From the human T2T-CHM13v2.0 reference genome, Homo sapiens: a stretch of 64,000 nt of DNA. The translations under genes and the position numbers were made by a program. Positions 21,831-33,161 of this stretch are shown in pieces (the first letter of the stretch is position 1; each line of letters starts with the position of its first letter). The notes below the pieces were generated by a model that worked only from the letters and a program-made list of their open reading frames with translations, ran no database searches and was not told the origin of the DNA. The stretch is taken from the NCBI RefSeq assembly GCF_009914755.1, contig NC_060944.1. One strand, written 5' to 3'.

Positions 21831-23974
21831 AAAGGGATCAAATTATTTAACACCTGCTAATGATTAATTAAAATGGTATACATTTTGCCAAAGAATCTCT
21901 CTAACTTTTGGTAATCTGAACTTCTCTCTTTCCCTTTGATAAACGTGCTCAGAGTAAAAAACAACCAACTACCAGGAGGGTTTTCTGCCAAATTTGTTCC
22001 CAGAATGTTTAAAGATGAGTGTCTCTCATCTTTTCCTCTGTAATTCATTCTCTCTCTGTGTGTCTCTCCTCTCTTTGAACAGGGATACAGCCTATGTGTG
22101 TTCAATGTTCTAATAACCCCAAATTTAGACACAAACCATTATTTACTGATATTTAATGAAGTCACCTCATGGCGTTTTAATGATTGCTAGATGGAACAAA
22201 TCTAATGATTGTTAAGATGGAACTTTACAAACCCTTTCAGTCAGGACAAGTGGCCTGTTCTCCCCACTTCTCCTTGAACTTGGTGTACTGAGCAAAAGAC
22301 ATGCAAGCAATGAGGTTGAGACTCATTTTTCAACATTACCCAAAGAACAGTGTGTACTGGATCCCTGGCAGCTGAGAAAGGACCCTTCCCCTGGCTGGGA
22401 GACAAAACTTCAATGAAATTAGGGCATTCTCCCAACCCAACCATTCCCACCCTGTGCTGATGTGAAAAAGTTCAAAGGATATTACGGGCAAAGCTCTCAA
22501 GATGTGTTTCCCTCGAGAATATTTCAGGTCACCCAATGTGTAAGGGCCCCTTTGAAGTCAAGATTGATTGAAAAAGCACAAGGGTGTGGAGTCTAAGAAT
22601 TTGGATGTGGCCATCCTCTGCGTCCCTGAGTGAAGATGCTGCTCGGGTCAGTATTCATATTAGCCTGGCCCATTCCCTTTGCCTGCGGTATTTACAGTAA
22701 CCCACATGCAGAGCAGGTGGAAGCCAAAGCGGGGCATAGCCAGGGATTGTGGCAGGGGCTTGAAAAAGTGTTTTCTTTTAATTGTAGGGGGATGATTCTG
22801 TTTGGCAGGATTCAAGGCTCAGCTGTGTGTGAGCAGATCCTTCATACACAACCACACACACACATATACTCAGCTTCCTCTCACATTTCTCATGGAAAAC
22901 TGATCACACACAGCTCTCAGGAGTTTCCTGGAATGCAGGATAAGACATTCAGCTGATCAGTGACTGACATACTAGGGACCTGATTTCCTGAAATTAAAGC
23001 CACTGCCACTGCCTTGTATCTTGAGGCAACACAAAGTATTGTCTTTTTAAGTTTTTATTTTCACAAGGCAGCATCGTTAGAGTAGCCAGGATGGGTCAAC
23101 CATTCGAAGGAAACAAAGGTGTGAGAGCAAGGCTGCTCTGCAGATTGCATCCACTTCTCTGGATGCTTTTGGGATGTGGGTGGCTCCAGTCTCCCCGTTG
23201 GCCTCAGGAGTGTTATCCTGAGAGAAATGAAGGGAGTCCTGCCTGGCAGCACCATTGCCCACAACGCTATCCAGAAGACGTGCAATGCCAAGGCCAACAG
23301 TCAGTTCCCTCTCAGTCGCTTCACCTCCTGAATGCATCTCAACTTGTATTTTGCCTTCATCCTGCCATTTTTCTCTCTTTGTGGCCTCTTGTGGGACTGT
23401 GGCTTTGCAACACAGCATCATCAAATAAATCATCTTTCCATGCATTCTCTCCTTCCTTCACCCCTTCCCAATCACCAAGGTCAGTTGTCCTTTATGGAAT
23501 TTGAAATGATTTTTGGATTTGATTCAATCAACAAATATTTGCTAAGCAGCTACCATATGGCATATTCTGTACCATGTTTCTGGGAATGCAGTGGTGAACA
23601 AAACCACTGAGATAAATGCATTTGACTGACTTTTTCTGAATTTTAACGCATCTTGGAGTTACTGTGTTTTGGAGGTCAATATTGTTTTTCTGAGCATTTT
23701 ACTCCTTTTTAAAAATAATCTTTTTTAAAATGACAGAAGCAAAATGTGAATTTTAAGGCATTATAAAATAGGAACAAACATAAATAAGAAAATAAAAACA
23801 TCCATCACCCAAAGATCACACTACTAACATCAGTGCCTACTTCCAGAACATTCTCTGTGCATATATGTATATTTAAACACAAGACTGTAATAGACATGCT
23901 GTTATATAACCTGCTATTTTCAGTCAACAATCTCTATTTTTCATTTTAATAATTTTTATTGTTTTTAATTTTTC

Positions 23975-24253
23975 TAATTTTATAATTTTTTGAGACAGAA
24001 TCTCACTCTGTTGCCCAGGCTGGAGTGCAGTGGCACAGTCTTGGCTCACTGCATCCTCTGCCTCCCGAGTTCAAACAATACTCATGCCTCAGCTCCTGAG
24101 TTGCTGGGATTACAACCGTGCACCACCATGCCTTGTTAATTTTTATATTTTTAGTATAGATGGGATTTCACCATGTTGGCCATGGCTGCTCTCAAACTCC
24201 TGGCCTCAAGTGATCTGCCCGCATTGGCCTCCTAAAGTGCTGGGATTACAGGC
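23975..24253 (-). mobile_element. Alu (old S/J type), missing about 20 nt at the 5' end
   Basis: Dimer on the minus strand ending at GGATTACAGGC. Confidence 0.92.
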
Positions 24254-24657
24254 TTAAATATTCAGACCATAATCATATTCTTCCAGTTATGCCATAAATA
24301 TCCTTTTCAGCTGGATTGGTCGGACTGTTCCTAAATTCAGGAACACGTGTTTTATCCAGTTGTTTTGTTTATACATTTTTTAAAATCTTTCATCTTTTTA
24401 TGACCCAGAATTATAGAAGAGATTGAGCCAATTGTTTTGAAGAATGTCTTTCCTCTGAATTTGTCTGGGAGCTTTTTACTGTCATTTAGCCTGTTTCTCC
24501 AACCCCTGTAGAAGTGATGCATAAAACCTCGTGGGTTCAAATTGGACATTTATTTTTCTAGAACACACCCGACATGTAGGCTCTATTGCAATACATCTGA
24601 AAACACAAAATCTGTTTGCTCCAAAATTGGTGATAGCCTCTGACTTAAGATGATGGT

Positions 24658-24907
24658 GGCCAGGCGAGGTGGTTCAAGCCTGTGATTCCAGCACTTTGGG
24701 AGGCCGAGGCAGGCAGATCAGATCATGAGGTCAGGAGTTCAAGACCAGCCTGGCCAACATGGTGAAACCTCAGGAGGCTGAGGCAGGAGAATTCCTTGAA
24801 CTGGGACCCAGGAGGCAGAGGTTGCAGTGAGCTGAGATCACGCCACTGCACTCCAGCTGGGGATACAGAGCAAGACTCCATCTCAAAAAAAGAAAAAAAA
24901 GAAAGAA
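24658..24907 (+). mobile_element. AluS with an internal ~60-nt deletion
   Basis: GGTGAAACC joins directly to TCAGGAGGCTGAGG; TSD AAGATGATGG. Confidence 0.92.
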
Positions 24908-25589
24908 AAGATGATGGCTGCTGCGTTGCTCCATTATACAGGTACAACAGTTTACCCACTTGCTGCTAGAAAGTCATCCCTATGGCTCTATTCTCTTGCT
25001 AAATGGATGTTCAGTTGCCCTTCAACCATTTTCTTAATGGTTTGAACACTAATTAATAATCCCTTGCTTGTATCAGTAATTTAATTGAGTTTTTAAATGA
25101 TACTTTTTCCATATCTATCAGCAGACTACAATCATTTTGTTGGCTCTTAACTTTGATTCTTTCATCATGGCTTTTAGAACTCAGGTGAACATTAGTCCAA
25201 GTCGAGGGTTACTGTGAATGGTGCCATCTTGGGACTGGCACTTGGGTGGATTTCTTACTGACATAAAGAGGGCTTTAATCAGCCCTGCTGCAAACGCTTC
25301 CAATGTCTCTCCTTTCTCACTATGACTAACATTGATTTGGCTTCTCCCTATCACACGCTCTTATTAACTTGATTCATATTTCCCTTTGATGTAAGCTGGT
25401 GGAAGGCTGGGGCCAGCTTGTGTTGTCCAGCTGTTGCTATTTGTGTGCATCTCTCTTTCCATCTCCTTCAGTGGCTCCTTGCAATTGTCCATAGCAGGAA
25501 TAATTATACCATTACAATCATCAAATGTTTCAATTTAGGACATTCTTTTAGAGCTGGGTATTAAAGATTTACCAGCTCACCAGTGGTTT

Positions 25590-25760
25590 AAGCCATCGGT
25601 GTTCAAACCTGGCTGAAACTCAGAATTGCCTGAAGACTTTTCTACAATACAACTTTCAAAAACCCACTGCAAACGTACTGAATCAGAAACCCTAGGCTTG
25701 AAGCTCTGCAAGTCTGTGTCTTTGATAAAATACTGCAAGTAATAGTTTGAGGGTTTGGGG
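25590..25760. mobile_element. MER5-like hAT relic
   Basis: CAAACCTGGCTG...CAGAATTGCCTG...TACTGAATCAGAAAC. Confidence 0.55.
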
Positions 25761-28129
25761 TCAAGCAGTCAGCTCTAGGAAGAAAACTCTATATGTGCTC
25801 ACATCCATCTCACTTTTTCTGAGTGGTCTCAGGTTGCCATCCTCACCACCTGTATTGTTTTCAGGGCAGCATGTCAAACCGAGGTACCCCCATTATTGAA
25901 GAAGGTTTCTTTTCACCTGCCTGCAGGCATTCATCACACCACCTCTCCTCTCTGCCACCCGCCTTTGCTTTGAGTCTTTTATCCCATTTCCAAGTCATTC
26001 TCTGTCTGGCATCCACCTAAATACAACCACACGGGGGAGGGAGGCAGCAGCCGTATTAACAATCTCCCCTCATCAATCACTTGGGGGAGAGTTACTTCTT
26101 TGCAATCTAAACATGAAAGCTTGTCTCCTCTTGGGGGCAGTGTGTGCGCAGGGACACTAGGGTTTAATATATATATATATATATTTTGGGGCCAGGTCGA
26201 AAGAAACCCCTAGGGCATAATCTCCTTAATTACACTTCTGCCATTTTTCATGGAGCCTGGTAGTTCGAGGAGCCCCTTTCTTTGTGTGTATATAGCCAAA
26301 ATGAGTTTTAAGCTGTGGAGGGAGCAACCTAATCAATTTCCTTGGCCTGGGCCTTTTAGAATCCAATATAGCATAGATACAGGACAGTGATAATGATTTG
26401 ACACTCGCCGCACGTCTGGGGGCTACACATCGCTGGTGAAAAAATGTCATGCCCAGATGAATACTGTTGGCCTCTGGTTCCAACACAACACCAAGAAAAC
26501 ATTGCAGTATTATGAGAATTCCTGTTCCTTCTGTCGATACGTTCAAGATGGTTCTTACTTCTGAGCAGGTATCGATTGTGTATAGGTTAGGCCCCACCTG
26601 TGCCATTTGTCATTTCTGATATAATATCGTGTTATCGTTTAAAGCTGTAATGGGAGAGGTGTCTGTGTTTAAAGCAAACCGGTGTCTCGAGCTTTGATAA
26701 ATGGCTAGATGGTCTTTGTTTCTGCAGCAGTGAGCAGTTGGCTTGCTATTTGCTTTACCTTTTATCCAAGAATAACTGTGTGAGGAGTTCTGGAAGCGAG
26801 CAGTATCATTTTGTCAGATGTGGTCCGTGGCTAGCCGGGTGGTCCCAGCAGAACAGCTGCGGGATTTTAGCACCCGACAGGATGTTAGCAGAGGGCCTGT
26901 GTAAATCTGAAACAACTCAAGCTCCACATGGCTGCATTTGGTTGAAAAGTTCTCAGTGCTGTTTTTTTTTAAGGTGAGAGGACAGGAAATGCTGATGGGA
27001 AAGAAAAAAAAAAATATGTGCTTGGGATAATAATTTTATTCAGATGGAGCATTTCTGAGAAAAAGTGATCTGAGGGAAAAGGGTGGTGCTATCATGAGGG
27101 AAAATGGGAAATCAGTAAAGTGTGGCTGTCTCTAACATATGCATACCTCCCATCTCCAAAAGCGTGGCTCAGGCAGCTCCTGCTACCCTTAAACCACCCG
27201 CCTCCTGGTAACATGGCTCACCCTCTCCATATATCATTAGAACCCTCAGAAATGTGGCACGAAGCAAGTCTGGAAGACTTTCTGTTCCTGGAACTGAAGG
27301 TATTCGTGGGTTACAATCATGACACTTAATTCATCAGAACAGGCAGTTTGTCAGGACAAATAGCAGTAGTTTTGTGCCCACAGTTCCCTTCTCAAAATTC
27401 ATGAAAACCAAAATGCTCCCACAATTCCAATGCGACTTTGCATGGCGGCAATGACTATCATTTCTCTCTGCCTTCTTTAAGGGGGAGGGGAGGGCCAGCC
27501 ATGTATCATTACATAAATGGTACAACATGCCTGTTCCCCCAGCTCTACAGCCGAGGGGACTTTTGGAGAAGCGCCTGACATGAATCTGCTCCTAACTGGG
27601 AGTCGATCAAGTTATTTTCAGAAAAGTTCACCAGGTTTTCAATGTTCAGTGTAAAATCTACATTGGACTAGAGATACAAGGCAATGCTAAGCAACCTTGT
27701 TTCCTGGAGCCTGCTCTTCACTTTGATTTCTCTAGGACAGAGAAGCTTTTTGGTGATGAGTCCATACTTTCTCAACAGCATCTTTCTAAATTAATGAAAT
27801 GCACTTGCTAGACAATGGAGAGGGTCTGTAGAATACACAAGGGCTATGAGACAGAATAAATGTCCACAAGCCTTGTTAGGATTTGGTGCTAGTCCATAGA
27901 AGAAATAGGTCCAAATAGGTATATAATTAAATATATATGTCTAGCTCCATCTTACACACACATATACATATGAATACATATTAATAAACATTCATACTCT
28001 CATAAATTCAGTATACCTATGAACCAGCTGCCTAAGTTATAAGAACGTAAATTGCCTATATATATACGGTTCTTACGTATATAAGAACCTGATTAGCAAG
28101 TACTTATATGTATCAATATTTTAAATTAT

Positions 28130-28290
28130 ATACCTACTGTATACCAGGCATATATGTACATTAGTGCATTTAATCCTTATAACATGTCTATGAGGAAATA
28201 TGATTATCCCCATTTTTCAGATGACAGAGATGAGGTTGGAGAGAGCTAACATTCTTTGCTCAAAAGCACACAGCTTAGAAGTAGCAGATT
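28130..28290 (-). mobile_element. MIR SINE
   Basis: ATTATCCCCATTTTTCAGATGA core. Confidence 0.75.
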
Positions 28291-29066
28291 CTTTCCTCAT
28301 GCCATTTCTAATAGGTCACACAAGGATTTGCATATCATTTATTTATTGTACATGTTTGAAATTATGACAAGGTGTACAAATGTAACGAGAAAAACTTTCC
28401 CCTGAAATTCTAAATTCAGAATCTAGCAGAGTTCTAGGGAAAAAGATTTCCATCCTTTTCCATGAGCTTTCCAGAGCAAAGAAACCTACACCTTGGAAGG
28501 CCCGTTCTATTAAACCAGAATATGCAAATAGCTGCAAGAAGCAGGTAGATGACATAAGTCAAATGGAAGTCAGACCATAAAGTGGTGCAGACAATGGTGA
28601 ACTCCAGGGCACACATTTAAACTGAAAGGGAATCTCTGTTCAGCTCTGTGCAAGAAATATGGACTCAGTGGTATCAGATCACCTGATTTTTCTGTTTGCT
28701 TGTTTTCAGAGAAAATACTCTGTAGAAACATTAATAATGGTACCTCACATGGTTGTTACAAGAATTAACTACATGATTATTGGTAGAATGCTTGGAACAA
28801 ATTCATAAAGTGTTTGGAACAATGCCTGGCACATTATAAGCACCATATTCAGACCACATATTAGTATCCTCATCCTCATCATCCTTTTCCACATCAAGAG
28901 TGTAAGAGCCACGTGAGCAGAGATGCTGTCTCTCTTCTTCAGCTCTGTATCCCTGGTATGCAATGTAAAGCAACTGCTCAGGAAATATTTATAGAATAAA
29001 TGAGTGATAGAAAGGAAAGTACAATAAAATGCACTTATCCCTGCTTGATTAATTCTTAAATGTCTG

Positions 29067-29348
29067 GGCCAGACACAATGGCTCACGCCTACAATCCCAG
29101 CACTTTGGGAGGCCAAGGTGGGCAGATTGCTTAAGCTTGGGAGTTCGAGACCAGCCTGAGCAACATGGTGAAACCTCATGTCTACGAAAAATACAAAAAT
29201 TAGCTGAGCGTGATGGCACATGCTTGTAGTGCCAGCTACTCAGGAGGCTGAGGTGGGAGGATCACCCGAGCCAGGGCAGGTTGAGGTTGCTATGAGCCAT
29301 GATCATGCCACTGTACTCCAGCCTGGGTGACCAAACAAGACCCTGTCT

Positions 29349-29351
<3 letters not shown>
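29067..29351 (+). mobile_element. AluJ-type whose tail is an (AT)n run
   Basis: Full dimer; TSD TTCTTAAATG(T/C)CT at 29053-29065 and 29419-29431. Confidence 0.92.

Positions 29352-29417
<66 letters not shown>
29352..29417. repeat. Perfect (AT)33 microsatellite
   Basis: 66 bp of uninterrupted AT. Confidence 0.97.
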
Positions 29418-29420
<3 letters not shown>

Positions 29421-30652
29421 CTTAAATGCCTCTGTTTCTTTTTGTATATCGCTATCTGTGTTTCTGTGTGTTTAGGTCTCTCTTTCTCTTTCTTTCTCTC
29501 ATTAAATTAAAATAAGGATGAGAATAGATTACCAGGCAAGCTGGCAAAATGGCTAAGTAGGTTGTCCAACCAGTTGTTTCCTTGCGAGCTGGTATCTGAA
29601 TAATAATGTCCCACTTGAACCACACAGCCCCCATTAATGACTTACACCAAGGGGGTTCAAAGACAGGAAGTGGCAGCAGCAGCAGCAACACCCCTCTAGT
29701 GGTTCTAATGATGCAGGGCGAGGGTGCCTCTTGCTCCTGGGCAGAATGGAAAATGGAGTAGAGAGCCCCAATCCGTGTGCAGAGGTGCCGTTTTCAACAA
29801 AGAAATCCTGCCATTCCAAACTGTCGAGACCTTTAAAAATAAAAGATGTGCTGTATTTCCAGCACTATTCAGTATTCATGAGGCTTCGCAGCTTGTTGTA
29901 AGGCAAGATGAAAACAATACTCAGTAGATTTTCATAAGTGACATGTAACTGCAAGATTGATAGATGATGCAGTTTTAATGTATGTGAAGTTCAAAACCAA
30001 CATAAAAGCTTCCAGGTAGCTGAACACCGGATTTCAAACCCACATTTCTTCCAGTGATAAGCCCTAGACTTTCCCCAAGTCTCCTGCATCTATAAAACAA
30101 AAAGTGGGCATCACCCTACCGAGGGCAGAATTTCTACTGAGCCTCCAAGGACAAAGGCTGGGATGTTTCCATGGGTGTAGCAGGGGGTCCCAGGGTACAT
30201 TTTTTTTGTGAAATGAATGTGATGAATCATGAATGGTTAAATATCACTATTTGCTTCTGCTAATGAATGCTAAAGAAAAAGAAGGTTGACCTTCCTGATG
30301 GTTCAGGGAGCACAGAAAATTAGTTACATTTCTAGTCATTTCCCAAAACGTCCTTGCTGTATATCTCATAGCTTCTTGGCCACTCTGGGTTTGTTATGTA
30401 TTATCAAAATATACACACGTATACATACACATGTGCATATATATATATGTACAAATCAAACATTATTACGTATTGTATTGTATATGTAATGTATATGACC
30501 TATGCAGTTAAATATATTATTCATAACTATGCATTATACAGTGAATATAGGGTTTTATGAGTTTTCATGGTCAGCCTCAATTAAGCAATATTTCTCTACT
30601 CCATTCCATGAATATCCATTACATAACATTCATGAAATGTTATAAAAAGTTA

Positions 30653-31039
<387 letters not shown>

Positions 31040-31304
31040 TCAAGTACCGAACAGAAAGTACTGTAAGGAAGTCTGACATAGACACAAAGAGATGACATAT
31101 GTTAAAGAGAAATATACATACATGTCAGCAGGCATACATACACATGTGATTGTTTCTATATTGATGAGTCTTCCTTTCTTTTCACTTATTCTTTGTCTTT
31201 TTTGGAGGAGAGTGCTGAGATTGTCTCTTTTTATTTTGCTTTGGTTCCAGTCTAGTTAACTCAAAATGCATGGGGTTAGAAAAATTAAATTAAATTTTAA
31301 AAAT

Positions 31305-31480
31305 CACAATAGCAGTGAACATTTTATAACATTCAGTGCTTAAAGTATGTGCAAAACAATCTTACAAGGAGATAATATTATTAACTTGGTTTTATGAACA
31401 GGGAAATGGAGGCTCAGAGTGGTTGATCAACTTGCAGAAAGTCACACAGCTAATAAGCACAAGAGGTTGATTTTTCATTG
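31305..31480 (-). mobile_element. MIR SINE
   Basis: GGAAATGGAGGCTCAGAG...GGTCACACAGCTAATAAG. Confidence 0.75.
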
Positions 31481-33087
31481 TACCTGTTAAATAGACATCA
31501 GCGAGATGCAAGTGCCAGAGCAACATAATGGACAATTTTGAGATCCACGCTGTTCTAACCCTTCTCTGGCTAAAAAAAAAAAAAAAACAAAAAAACAACT
31601 TTGCTTGTGCATGTCAGACAAGAAGGCTTCCAAAGGACAAGGACAACCTCCTTTGTGTATTACATTGTCACTTTCTAACACAGGGCCTGGCACAGAGCAA
31701 AAGCTTAGTAAATGTAGAGTAAAAAAGAAAGGGAGAAAGTGGTAAGGTGGTGACTCCCTTGTGGGCATTTGGGAGCTGGAAAACCAATGAGATCTTTCCA
31801 ATTTTAAGGTGAGCACAAAAGGAAGGACAATTTAGTGTCTGGAAAAAAAAAAAAAAAACCCACAACAACTGGTCTATGAATTGGCTGCCCAGAGAAGGGG
31901 ACAGGGCAGAATGTAAAGACCAGGACAGAAGGGCTCTCCTGGGTGTCTCCTGACAGAAGATGAGAGAAGGAAAATACACAAGGTGAGGTATTTATCTCGA
32001 GGTCTCTGGCTTCTCATTGGCAATGCTGGAATCTGAAGAAAACCTGGGTCTTTCTCCTACAACTTGAGCTCACATCTCCTGATTTTCATCATTGGGCAAT
32101 TTTTCCAAACTTTTCATTGTTTTGGCTGGATCCTGTTGAGAAAGATGATTTTTCTCAGGGCTGGAATACAAGATTCCTCAGGTTGAGATAGGATCTAAGC
32201 CAGGGATGCTAAGGTGTCACTGAGTTCAAAGTGGGAATCTTCTATGATCTTTGCCCATGGGCAGAGCGGCTGTGCCAGCAGGTAAACACCACAGTGGGGA
32301 CATGCGGAACGCTCTTATCCACTCTACTTGTCCATAGGATGGTGTGGAAGACCCCAAAACAGAGTATGGTAACCACCTACCTGTGTCGTCTGTATAGAAC
32401 CATGAAGAATGTTCCTCCTTTGGGCAAAGGGTTTTAAAAATACTTTCAAAAAAAAAAAAAAGAAAAAAGAAAAAAAAACACCACCTCTGGTTTCCTGTAT
32501 TCAGAAAAGGATCTCATATCAACTCCTAGAGATTCAGAGAAAAAATAAGAAAATGTTTCCAGTCTTCTGTTTCCTACCCTCTTTGTCTTGTTCCCTTCTC
32601 CTGGGCTGACAACTGCTCCAGACACATTGCCGTTCGCAATCCTGTTAAGTCAAGAGCAGGTATCCTTAGGGGCTCTGCACCCAGGCAGTGGCTGCTGTCA
32701 TCAACTCGTTATGCACTGCCTTTGCCCCCCAACACACCCCCTTTTGTAACATTCATCCTATTTGTTCTCTCTTTTGTATGTTGTCTCCCTGTGACACTAT
32801 AATGTAATTGATGACTGGAACCAGATCTGTCTCGTTCATCACTGTTCCCCAGATCTAACCAAGAAGGTGCCTAGAACACAGCTGATGTTAAATAACTTTT
32901 TTCAATGGGTTGAATTCATACAGGCACCCACCCTTTCTTTTCAGTGCTCGTACCACAGGAATGGTCTACAGCCTGGCAGGGGCTCAGTGTATATCTGTTG
33001 AATAATAGAAGCAGCACATCAGAGATTGCCACTGCCATCCGCTGTAGGAAAGCAGGTCTCTTCTTGAGCTAAGAGGAAACCCATGTT

Positions 33088-33161
33088 GAGTTGACAATAA
33101 GAGGGAGGAACCTTGAACCTGAGGGAGTTGACAGTAAGAGGGAGGAACCTTGAACCTGAGG
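33088..33161. repeat. 37-bp tandem duplication (2 copies, 1 mismatch)
   Basis: GAGTTGACA(A/G)TAAGAGGGAGGAACCTTGAACCTGAGG x2. Confidence 0.95.
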
